Shown piece after piece: positions 53,301 through 64,000 of a DNA stretch of 64,000 nt. A model generated the notes under the pieces. The model made no database searches, was not told the DNA's origin, and was given only the letters and a program-made list of their open reading frames with translations. Location of the stretch: assembly GCA_964187785.1 (NCBI GenBank), contig OZ076409.1, positions 41,418,001 to 41,482,000 on the forward strand. Direction: 5' to 3'. The translations under genes were made by a program, and so were the position numbers. Origin of the DNA: Amphiscolops sp. MND2022. Its lineage: Eukaryota. How positions within the stretch are numbered: position 1 is the first letter of the stretch; every line of letters starts with the position of its first letter.

Positions 53301-55494
53301 CTCTCTGGAATGCTTGTGATTTTGTCATTCAATTCAACTTCATTATAGCTCATATTCCAGGCAAAAACAATACAGCGGCAGACTACTTGTCCCGTATGGA
53401 AATGGACCCTAGTGAAAAGTTAGTCCTGAAAATACGTGAAGACGTCGAGACCCGACCGATTGAGGTCAATGTTCAATCAGCGGGAGTATCTGAAGAAGAA
53501 CAAGTCTTCTTTACCGACACAGACGACGAAACAGAGCAACAGATTTGGGAACGGAAACAACAATCCAAAAGGGGCCTCATAGTCCCTGAGGCAGTAATCC
53601 AAATTGACGCTATATCAGAAAATACCGTCGAAGAGATTACTAACTTCACACAGAAATTAAGAAGAACAAATCAGATACTGCTTGAACAATCCAAAGACCC
53701 GATTCTCCTCCAATTGAGGGCGAAACTGCAAAATGAAGAATATTCTGAAGAAATCCTTCAACGGGATATTCGGTACAAGTATTACTTGAACAACATAGAC
53801 AGAATAGTCCTCAAAGACGAAATAGTGACGAGACAGTACTATGATGAAACCGGACAAGTCAAATATCATCAAATCTTATTGCCAAAGCATTTACTCAAAG
53901 AATTATTACAAGCAATACATGGCACAGCACATCGACACCCGGGCATTTCTAAAATGCTACAGGAAATTCGTCAAAAGTATTACTACCCAGGAATAGCAAA
54001 ACACGTCAAAAAATGGGTAGAAGGCTGCGAAACATGTGCTAAGGACAAAAGGGTCCCCAACACAGTTTTCACCCCAGAATTACTGAATTTACCTGAATGG
54101 GACCTAGGCCCAGAAGATGCCATGCAAATTGATTTATTGCCAAATTTACCAACTAGCGGCGGATACCAAACGGTGATGACGGCAATAGATGTATTTTCAA
54201 GATATTTATTCGCCTACCCGCTAATTGAGGCAACAGCCGCAAACGTAGCCAAGGTGATAATTGACATCATGACGAAACATTCGTATTTGCCAACAACACT
54301 CATCACGGACAAGGGATCTGCATTCACATCAAAAATTCTAGAAGAAATTACTGCAATACTGGGGATCACATTGAAGTGTGCCACTACTAAACATCCGCAA
54401 ACTATTGGTAAACTTGAAAGTACACATGCCTCTTTAAAAACCAACCTAAAGATAGCCTCAGGAGAATACCGTCGTCAATGGCACAAATATTTACCACTAG
54501 CTGTGCTTAACTATAACACTACTTATCACGCTAGTATTGGATTGGTTGTGAGCCTAGCAAAGTCTTTCATGGACGAATTCCCTACAACGTCTTGGATCAC
54601 AAATTAGGAAATAATCCTAACAAAAATTTCCTACCGACGACTGAATTCGCGGAAGAATTGCAGCAGAGGACGCAGATCCTCATTGATCAAACCAAAAAGA
54701 ATATTATGCAGTCGTATTTAAAGTACAAAGAGTACAACGACCGCAAGGCCAAAGCGGCTCCGCTACAAGAGAAAGACTACTGTTTCGTTCTCCAACCGAA
54801 GGCGGATAGCCAAGGATCTAAAATACCATTCAGGGACTTCCGATGGATTGGTCCTTTTGTTGTTCAAAAAACTCTACCAATTTACAATTATATAGTGCGT
54901 CGTTTAAATACGAATAAAACGCAAATCTTGCACCGGATCAGGCTCAAAAAATTTGTTCCAAATGCCCCATTAGAGGACAAATACGAAGAGAAGAAATTAC
55001 AGCCCGATGAAGAAATAGTAATACCACAAGATGATTTGTATACCATCTCATGGGAGGCGGACTTTGAGTACGAGCTATTCGAGCCGAAGACAAATGATTG
55101 GCCACACACGGCCACGCGTCTACTACAGGACGCCGCGAACGGAGAAATCGACTATTACGTCACCGAGAATGAAAGCAGCAGCGTAAACGAAAGTGAACGC
55201 AGCAGCGGGAGAATGAATGACGATGACGTCAACGAGAATGAAGTACGGCCACGATCGGCCAGCAGCCGTGACGCGTCGTCCCCTCCGAGCGAATCGCCTA
55301 GTAGGACGCAAAATGAAAATGACGTCACAAATGATTTAGAGAATACGGAAATTGCTTCAAAAGGAGGCGTAGATATTGCCGTGCCCGGAATATCGGAAAA
55401 TGGAAAAGATGAAGAAACTTCTAGCCCTAGAGGAGGGAAATATAATCTTCGACCTAACCCCACCCCCAACTTTACTGATGAATACAGATACTAG
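50387..55494 (+). CDS. pol: pol of element B (protease, dUTPase-like domain, RT, RNase H, integrase with GPY/F), frameshifted at 54536-54545
   Basis: LIDTGA; LRLLVDLR, LDCSQAYH, YVDD; LMTDAS, AKEFLA, LTDN; H..HPG...CETC, IDLL, ITDKG, KLES; RWIGPF; YNLRP. A duplicated attgg shifts the frame in the integrase C-terminal part. Confidence 0.97.
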
Positions 55495-55712
55495 TCAGAT
55501 AAGTAAATTAAAGTCCCATAAGTCTCTTGGACTAAATTAATATTTTTGCCGGGACTACTCTGACTATGAACTCAAATCTGGAAATAACAGAATAAATTTA
55601 CAAACATGCAAAGAAGTCTACAGGAACTGCAACCTCTAATGAAATAAAAGTAAATCAAAGTTCATAATAAATACAAAGAAACAAATAGAACACAAATGTA
55701 CTCTATGTACAT

Positions 55713-58700
55713 TTAAGATTTAGAGGAGGATTGCGCAGCATTGCGTGACCCGGAGTCTTCTTTCACTGGCTCGGCATTCTCAAAGGCTACTTTGCACTTC
55801 ACTTTTCCAGGGGATTTCCTTCGCTTACTATGAGTAACTGGGGAAGTAGACCCAGAGGCAGAACGACTGGAAGATGGAGACTTCGACTTCTGCGTTAATG
55901 CCTTATGCTTTTGACAAAGAATCTTGTAAAAATCAGCTCGACCGAAGACATCAACGTGCGTCCAGGGATCTCCGGCCACATTCCCAGTATGAAACTCCTG
56001 CTCAATTTCTCGAAGTTTATTGAGAGAGTCATCCTTCGTGCAGACAGAAACGGCATCTGGTGCTCGAGCTAAGTAAGATTGGGCTGGCAGTAGAACGTCG
56101 GCTAACTTACATTAAGGCCTTTGGGCATCGACATCATGGAACCGAATGGGTGGGAGCAAAGGAGTGTTTTCAGTAAGGCACATACAGCTCAATTGGAAAA
56201 GGCGATAGAGGTGCACCCGGTTACGAAGTTCAGGCATCACTGACAGGAAGTCGACCATGTCAGAAAATCCATTTGGGGAATCTTTTAAAGCCTCATAACT
56301 TTGACGAAAATGCCCAACAAACTCCAAATATTCGTCACGGCAGTCGTTCTCAGATGACCCTTCCATCCAGCCTCGCAGACTGAAACTTTGATATAAGGCC
56401 GCAAAGCAGAAACTGGCTTGCTCTGTGGGAAGGCAAAGGAGGACATTCGGATCAAAGCTCGCCATTCCGACTACGAGATTGGAATTCAAGCTGACATGAC
56501 CCAGGAAGTTCTGAAGGAGGGTAACAAGATAACTCCTAGCCTTTGCGACAAACTTCTCCTTCACTGCTTCAACTTGTTCGGACAAATTAGGAATGGGCCC
56601 CTCTCGGTCGCTGTTGTCACGTCGTACCTTAGCTGTGCTAGCTGCGTCTAAATCTTGCTTCAATCGCAGTCTAGTGAGGAAATCTCTGGAGGATAGTTGG
56701 CGGAGCTCAGCAGTGCGAAGCACTGGTAATTGAGTCCAATCAGTTTCTTTAGGCGAATGTTTGGGCAACAAAGCCCGGTAACAGAGCTTTCTGACGAAGT
56801 TGTTTAGTTGCCCGAAAGTAAAGAAACCAGAGTCTCTGTGCCCAGCCAGACTTCGTTCAAAGCAAACGTTGTCTAAACAGTAATTTCAATAATGGAGTCG
56901 GAGCTGACAGAAACTTACCCCGAATAGGAACTTAGGGAATCCTTGGCCTTCAAAACAAAATGGACGAAACGGAGATACTTACAATCATATATGATCCGTC
57001 CATAGAATTCGAGCTTGACCAAGAAGAAGTCGTCACAAATGATCTGCCACTCCAGGCTTTGAGGCTAAAAGAACAAGCGTCCCTGACAACATCTGGTCTA
57101 ACCCCCCTACAAAAGTTGAGCAAAGCCCAAACCAAACACTGAAATACGTTCAGACCTTGTTTTTAACTCCGATCATCTCATAGCTGGGCGCAATTTGAGT
57201 AATGTGGTCCAGGAAGGCTGACCAGTTCTTGATAATCTCCGAACAAATAGTGGGGATAGATCGGAGGCGCAAATCATTACTGCTAATGGCCTAAAAACAA
57301 CTTCATGATGCAAGGACGAAATCACAACAACCCGGTAAATGAAAACGGGGTCTTACCTTAGAAAGCTCAGGCGCTGCGGCCATCCAAGGCTCATCAAGGC
57401 TCTGAGACAAATAGGCCAACAAGTATTTAAGCTGGGTGTGGAAGTTGATGCGTCCAAATACACTTCCTTCCCGCTTGTGCATGAGCCTGTGTATCGACGT
57501 GACTTGGTATCGAAAGGGGTACTCGATACTTTTCTTCATCAACCCCGACTGTTCCACAGTCCGGAGAACGTCAGAGGTACAACCAGACATACAAACTATC
57601 TGTGGGGCGGTGGACAGCAAGGACAAGAGTCGGGCTATAACAAGCAGCTGATTGCGATCTGGATCAGAAGCCAAACTATATTGCATCAATTGGAGCTTCA
57701 CGAGAAATCCCGACTTCCAGTAACGTAGTGAAGCTATCTCCATGCCTCCCTGTGGCTCAAATTCAATTGAATATTGTCCAAAATCGTTGACAGACTGGGC
57801 CACGTCCTCCATGCCACGCAAGAAAATGTGATGGAAGATAGCCTGAAATAGTTAATCCTACATGAGAATTCGCTAACCCAAGATCAAACAACAGAGCCCC
57901 CCTTCTCTTACCCTATACAAAAGATGAGAACGAATATAACACGTACCGTAAGCGTGATGGAGCTCCAATCCAGATCTCCGAACAACTCCTGGTGGTTGGT
58001 GAAATTGCCCACTTCGGACCAGAGCCCCTGCAGAAGGGTAATATCGCCCGAGTAAGGGACAAGTCGTCCAATCAGTGAAATTTGGGTCCAAGTCGGACAT
58101 CGTCGGGACTTGCTAAACCCCCAGCGCTTGCCATGTACTCGTCGTAGAAAGGGTAACGTGGGCCAATATCTACGAGTGGTGCAGTTTCAAACAAGGGCTT
58201 TTCCTTCTGGAGTTCGAAGGCAGTTAAGACGTGTCCGTCCTTCCCCCTGACAGCGTGAACAGTAGTGCCTGTGATCTTGTCGAGTTTGCCCAGGTGTTCA
58301 TATCGCCAGCGCTGATCCTTCCTCAAATGACTCTCATTTTGGTAATGGCGGACGATTTCACGTGCCCCTTTGGAGAAGATGGACACGTTGGTCTTACAAA
58401 TTTGACAATAAAATTTGTACTTGTTGTGCACGGGGTCAAGTGGGCCAGTAACAAACACTTTGGTCCATTGGATGCCTTTAAAATACGCGGGCTTCATCAC
58501 CTTCCCCGGTCGGCTCATTAACTTGCGTCTCTTCCGTGGGGGACTTCGATTACCTGGCTGATGAGAAACCTGAGGTCCAAGCGTGCTCAGAGGTTCGTAA
58601 TCGCCCTCGCTATATCCTGGACTGGGGATGACGGACTTCCCTAGGGTTACCTCGCGTTCCGCGGTACTTGTGCTGGGATGCATTCCAGCGATGGGCGTAT

Positions 58701-59723
58701 TAGGTCCAGAATCGGTTTCCAGACTAGTGACAGTTCCTCCTATCTCTTCATCAGTAGAGTAAGCCCCGCTAGTGTTGCCATCAGTAGTGTAGCCCTCTCC
58801 ATCTGACTCTCCTCCCGAGCTATTAGCCGTACTTGTGTCCGGGATACTCCCACGGATCAGAGCTTTCCGCAGCTGGCTGGCACTCTGTCCCTTCCCCCCG
58901 TGAATAGCTTGCAGAACTAGTGAGCGCATAGAGTGCAAAGATGACTTGACTGTTTCGTCAGAAATAGTCTTCAAAACAGCATGAATCTGTGGCTCACTAA
59001 ATGCCACCGTTGTGTGCCCCCTGGGGAGCTCAATGGGTGTATTTTGAGTGAAATACTTGCGGAGCATAAGCCTCCCGTTGGCAGACAATTCTGTAGGGAG
59101 TGTAGGTTCTTTGTGACCGGTTGTTGTCAGAGGCCTACTTAAACTTTCTGATGTAATTTTTTGAGCTTCGCTTGGGTCAGCAAGAAGTTCGGGCCCCACA
59201 ATGCTAGAGGTGGGCCTATCGGTCAATCCGTCCTCCCCTGCACTGTCAAGGATGTCCTCTATTTCACTGGCGGAAGTTTCAAAGTAATTTCGTTGGGGTT
59301 CTTCAGGCAAATCAAAAGCATTTGAATCAAACAACCGTGAGGATCCTTCCCTTCGGCATCGGCCCTTCTGGTTTTAGGTTGTTTGGCAATAACGGCCTCA
59401 GATTCAGAAGCTTTATCCATGCTAGGTCCTGAACATTTTTGTGGGGAGCCATCGTGAACAGTTGCCAAGAACGTTATATCCAGGCTAGGATCAAGGCTGG
59501 CCATAGTTCGCAAAGTTTGGCTTGCGAAAGTAGTCATACTCTCTTCAGTGTTTCCACTACTTGAGGAAAAGTTAGAAGGTGGTCGAACATCAAGGTGTAA
59601 TCCCGCGCTGTCTCCTTCGGCTAATTGGCGCTGCTCGCTGGGCGGTTGATCCATCAGGCTTTGAGTGGTTACGGCAGGGGAAGTAGTTTGGGTCTCCTGT
59701 GTTCCAACAGGATGTTCAGACAT
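55713..59723 (-). CDS. Antisense five-exon accessory gene of element B (~1,200 aa; BED-type Zn finger plus hAT-transposase-like body; lesioned copy)
   Basis: Exons 59723-57947, 57842-57357, 57290-57156, 57064-56983 and 56872-55713, joined by GT-AG introns of 104, 66, 91 and 110 nt with compatible phases (0,0,0,1). Motif W..VF...FYCQICK...IVRHYQNESH. Lesions: frameshifts near 59340 and 58087, TAA at 56112-56114. Confidence 0.85.
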
Positions 59724-60436
59724 CGTGTCTAAACAAAAAGAAATAAAATCAAGCGGGAACCTTCCTGAATATGAGTCCATTACCGCGCTAAAAATCTTCC
59801 GGAAGTAGATTGATATGAACACAAGTGAATGCTTGAGTTACTGGACAGGAAGTATGTGAACGAAATGAGAGTCTTGATCAAACCTCAAATTAGTTCAAAT
59901 TTTCTCAAGAAAATTAAACGAAACCTAGAACCTACTGACCTGTTAAATTGTGACTGCTGGAAGGATCGTGAATTGGATCTGCCATGGGACTCGATGGAGC
60001 ACGTCAAGGGATAATTTCTTCAAGGTGGCAAACTGGAGCTAGTTGAGAGTGGTTGGAGGGAGCCTGAAGGTCGACTGTCCGTTGATACCCGGAGAATCTA
60101 TGGGGATGTGGATGAATGGACACTGAGTCCTGGGATGAAGACGAGAAGTAATTAAATGAAAAATACAATAAAATGACTCAAAGACTAAAGGACTGACTAA
60201 GTACTGATGATTAAATACTGGATAATACGAGAAGTGGATAATACAATTGAATGGTAAAGAATTGGAAGAAGAATTAGAAATGTGACAAGATGTCAAGATT
60301 GGAGTTCGTGGCTATACAGTTTGGTGTCCAACTTACAAGTATTTACGATTTATGGAGATATGTGGATAAAGTCTGCCAGCGATATCTACCTTTTCCATTA
60401 ATTTCGAAAACTTTGTTATTTACAAAATTATTCCAT

Positions 60437-60478
60437 GATTTTATTTTATTTTATTTTATTTTATTTTATTCTATTTTC
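60437..60478. repeat. (ATTTT)n microsatellite
   Basis: attttattttattttattttattttattttattctatttt. Confidence 0.9.
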
Positions 60479-60974
60479 AAGGTCATTTTATATCATTCCT
60501 TATACGGGTTCGCGACCTTGAGAAGCCATGTTAGCTTGGGAGAAATTTTGCTGCTTTCTTATTGGCTGAGCATATCGATGGTGGACGACGTGGCTGACCG
60601 TCATATCTTCACCCACTTGAAATCCTCAAGTATCTGATGAGTGTTAATAAACACTCGAGACCGCGCTCTTAAGTTAGAAGTGTTAACTTAGTTGTTGATA
60701 GATAGTTAAGGCGGCGCCGACAATTACAAAGCAACTCTGCGGCTTGATGAAAGAATTCAAAAGGGAAGAATTTTGTTGTCGAGAAGTTATTACTTGGAGA
60801 GGTAGCGGAACCCCGGGAAAAACGAAACGAAGAGACTCACGGACTGTCGGAAATAAATCCGCCATTCCTCTCAGTTTCATTCTTGAATTCAGCCGTCCTC
60901 TTCAAACATTTCTGAATTGAAAACCACTAAATTCCTTCAAGATAGCGAAAAAAATATTCAAAAAAAGATTCGAT

Positions 60975-61814
60975 ATGAATAGCCTTGTCTCGCCTTTGTA
61001 TGACTCCGAACCCGAAAGGACCTATCCGGAGGACTTCCAAGGAGCTGCCCCAGGAGATGGGATCATTTACATTTCAAGCGACGAAGAGGAGACAATGGAA
61101 TGCAGGAGCGTTTCCTCGATAACCGATTTCTTGTCCTCCTCGGAGGATGAGTCGGAAGAAGTTGCTCAGATGGCCTTATGCGTCGAAACACAGATGTCCG
61201 AGCCCATAGCAATTCCCTACACCTCTTCTTCTGCCGCGAATCAGGCAAACGAACACAGAAGGCCAAACTTGCCTCCGTTTCCTAAGTTCGACCAGACTTA
61301 CTTTAGCCTGGGGAGAGGCAATGGGCCCCTAAGGGCAGACAGTAGAATTAAGCGGAACCACCCGATAAACTTGTGCCGCAATCTTGTCCCGATGGTCGAT
61401 ACGCCACTATCCCCACCAGATGCAGACAGAGGACAATACTGCCCTCAACCGACATCGAGTGGGTCTTACGTATCAGATGCCCCGACGATTGATTCTATGG
61501 CCAATCATTTTAATGACTTGGAGATCGGGGTGTCTACAGCTGAATCGACCTATTCGGACTGTGTGATCTGTGGTAAATCAACACATCAAATACGCGAGGA
61601 AGCTGCAGATGATTACATCAGCTAGACGGTCGCAGTGGGAGAAACGCTAGCGGAGACGCAAGCAAGAAAGAGAGCAATTCTAGACGGGATGACAGCCGGA
61701 ACTTTTCTTCTCATGCCAGGGGGAGTGTCGCAGGCTCCCGCCTGCGATGGGAACTTTTACACCATCAATTACAGCTGTTTTCGCGCCCTCCCAGGTACTC
61801 TACCAATAAACTAG
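60975..61814 (+). CDS. ORF3 of element B (unknown function; internal TAG at 61623-61625; reads through the PPT into the 3' LTR)
   Basis: The 216-aa ORF continues in frame after TAG as TVAVGETLAETQARKRAILDGMTAGTFLLMPGGVSQAPACDG...PIN*, homologous to A ORF3. Confidence 0.75.
61718..61725 (+). promoter_or_regulatory. Polypurine tract AGGGGGAG
   Basis: Directly precedes the TG of the 3' LTR. Confidence 0.8.
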
Positions 61815-63357
61815 AGGAAAGGACCATGTGTCCCATTGTCATGACGGGACAAAAACTTCAAACTGAATTTGTAATATTTTTACGGCATGTCTATTATTCT
61901 ATTTTCAGTTTTGACAGCCTTATATATAAAATCTTGTGCAAATTATTAATCGGAAATACCATTTGGTTAGTTGAAAACTACGAAGTTGATTTTGATACAT
62001 TGATGCATGTAAACACTGTATGTTTAATGTATTAGCTAAGAAATTGGACACCAAGGCGTACAGGAAAGGAAACGAGTTCAAATGTTTCCTCTCCTGTCTC
62101 GCTGGACACGCAGTCCGTCCAAATTCTTAGCCAATCAGAACACGCCATTCATTTCATTCACTGTGCGCAGTATTCTAAATTAAAGGACTCTAAGGCCACG
62201 CGCCGTCAGCTAGTAGTAATTTGCTGCCTATTTACGGCAAACGGACACTGAGTCCAAATTAAAGTAAAGTGCAATTTACAGTGGTAAATAAAGGCTATGA
62301 TTGGTGTTTCTAATAAATACTCGTTTTGATGAAGATTACTGGACCATTTGTACCATTTGATGCTAGATATTAATAATTTACATGAATACTCAGATTAATG
62401 AGTTGGTACATGTAAGTTATGGTTGATCAAATGTAATTGCATGTAATGTTGCTTAACCTCACATATGAAAGGCCTTGAGGGATGCTTGGACCTACAATCC
62501 TTCTATATATGGAATTGTTGAAGGCGCTTGAATAAATCACCCCTTTGAAGTGACCCTTTCGTCATGCCGCCTTCATGGCTATAAATAGTAGGTGCTATTT
62601 TTAGATAGCTGTGAAGGCTATTTTTAGAACGTGACCCTCATTATTTTGCAAGTCATGTAAACCTGAGTATATATACCGTGGACCCTAGGTCCCAAGGACT
62701 TTTTTCAATTTCCTTGATACCGTAATACTCAAACTTGTTAAAATCGTTTCAACATACTCTGTTTGCAAGCCTGAGAACTTAATTTAAATTCTTACCTCTT
62801 GCAATAAACTCTTATGCCTTCCACAAGAAGACAGAAAGCGAAAGCTAGAAAATCCAAAGAGATGGACATGTTGTCCGATATGGATAATTTAGACGTGATG
62901 ATAGGGAGTGAAAATCCTTTAGAAAGAGAGTTAGCAGATGTAATAGACCAATCTTCCATTAATGGTGACATAGAAATTGGTAGTCACTCAAGAAATGATC
63001 TTGGAAATTTCATTCAAGGAAATGAGCCTCATGGTCGAAACGACATAAGACAATCCTTTGAAACCTTTTCAAATGAATTTAATCTTAGGTTATCTCAAGA
63101 GATGGATTCCATGATGGCCATGGTACATAGTCAGATAAATAGAGCAATCAGTACCGCCATATCAGAGAAGGTGTTACCGGAGATTCAGAATATTGTGAGT
63201 TCAATGTCTTCCTCTGGGAACAGGGACACTGAGATGAGTATGTCTCCTAGTAGTCAGGAAAATAGGGAAAATCCATCTGGCTTGAAAACAAAATTATTGA
63301 AAAAGGATTCACGGTCCGTTGGTGATTTGAGAGACACCACGGGACGTGGCTCTTACA
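61726..63357 (+). repeat. 3' LTR of element B
   Basis: Same length (1632 bp) as the 5' LTR at constant offset 14106, with no difference seen by eye. Confidence 0.97.
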
Positions 63358-64000
63358 CTTACCACGACTCTACTTGCCCTCTCGTTGTCCCTCGAGAAGC
63401 TCTTAACCTCAGCGATGACTTTCTATTCCCAACTGACATCCTCACTAACTATACCTTTTTCGCAAACTCAATGAACTAGTTGATTCTCTTTCTGACGATC
63501 ACGCACGCTCTTTTTATACTACTCTCGTTCACAAACATTAATCAAAAGCCCAGTTGAACATCATTATCACGAAACTCTCCTCAATACAAATTGAAATTTT
63601 CCGCCAAAATCAACATTCCTGAAGAAATTAACAACGCTCTACCTAAACTACACCCTTCTCAATCTGCTTGAACTGAAAGTTTCCCAAACCTCACTTCAAC
63701 CTCAAACTTTTTCATTCAAACTCCTAGTCCTTCTGCATAAGTTCTCCGAACCGTAAATTCTAATGTCTGTGTAAATGCATTTTCATGCCCTACCGACAAA
63801 CGTAGAAGCGTGTCGTACACTCTAAATCTCCTTCAAATCCACCGAAATGACATCATAAGCGTACAGTTTCAACACTACACAATATTGTCTTCTTGAAGAA
63901 GCTCACTCTGCTCGAAACTCCTTCTTTTGCTAAATCCTCAAAAATTCTATCAACTATCCTTTTCTTCAATTTTCCTTCATCTCAATATACACAAGACCTC

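Larger units (their letters stand above)
47620..63357 (+). mobile_element. Element B: 15.7-kb Ty3/gypsy LTR retrotransposon with gag, pol, an antisense spliced gene and ORF3
   Basis: 1632-bp TG...CA LTRs at 47620-49251 and 61726-63357. TSD CTTAC at 47615-47619 and 63358-63362. PBS, PPT and PR-RT-RH-IN order. Confidence 0.98.

Noticed and set aside
55580..55680. AATAAA cluster after pol as a functional polyadenylation site
   Set aside because: The region is very A-rich, so the hexamers are expected by chance. It cannot be supported without 3'-end data.
56918..56947. Extra micro-exon (gaag|GCC...GGG|gtaagt) in the antisense gene
   Set aside because: It would need very short flanking introns (35 and 45 nt), and direct splicing 56983 to 56872 already gives an in-phase YDYNVCFE. 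Not excluded as an alternative exon.
60975..61625. ORF3 as env
   Set aside because: No signal peptide, transmembrane helix or furin-like site is visible. The sequence is acidic, Pro/Ser-rich and looks disordered.

Overview
AT-rich eukaryotic (probably invertebrate animal) genomic DNA made almost entirely of nested retroelements, so most short ORFs in the track are noise. The main content is two full-length, distantly related giant Ty3/gypsy LTR retrotransposons. Element A (1832-15848, TSD AAGGA) is decayed. Element B (47620-63357, TSD CTTAC) has 1632-bp LTRs with no difference seen by eye. Both share an unusual plan: (i) gag starts inside the 5' LTR and reads through the LTR end and PBS; (ii) a -1 slippery heptamer sits right before the gag stop; (iii) after pol comes a large antisense, intron-containing gene (about 1,200 aa in B) with a BED-type zinc finger and segments resembling a catalytically dead hAT transposase, with splice sites at homologous positions in A and B; (iv) a divergently oriented sense ORF3 with a SUMO-interaction-like motif and CxxCG runs into the 3' LTR. 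Also present: a related solo LTR and an LTR/gag remnant, a decayed Ty1/copia element with apparent TT...AA termini interrupted by a TIR element, a 3 x 2.36-kb tandem amplification ending inside the copia LTR, SF1 helicase-like coding segments, piggyBac-like fragments, and an old gypsy remnant with an env-like glycoprotein motif. Domain calls come from motif recognition by eye, not database searches.
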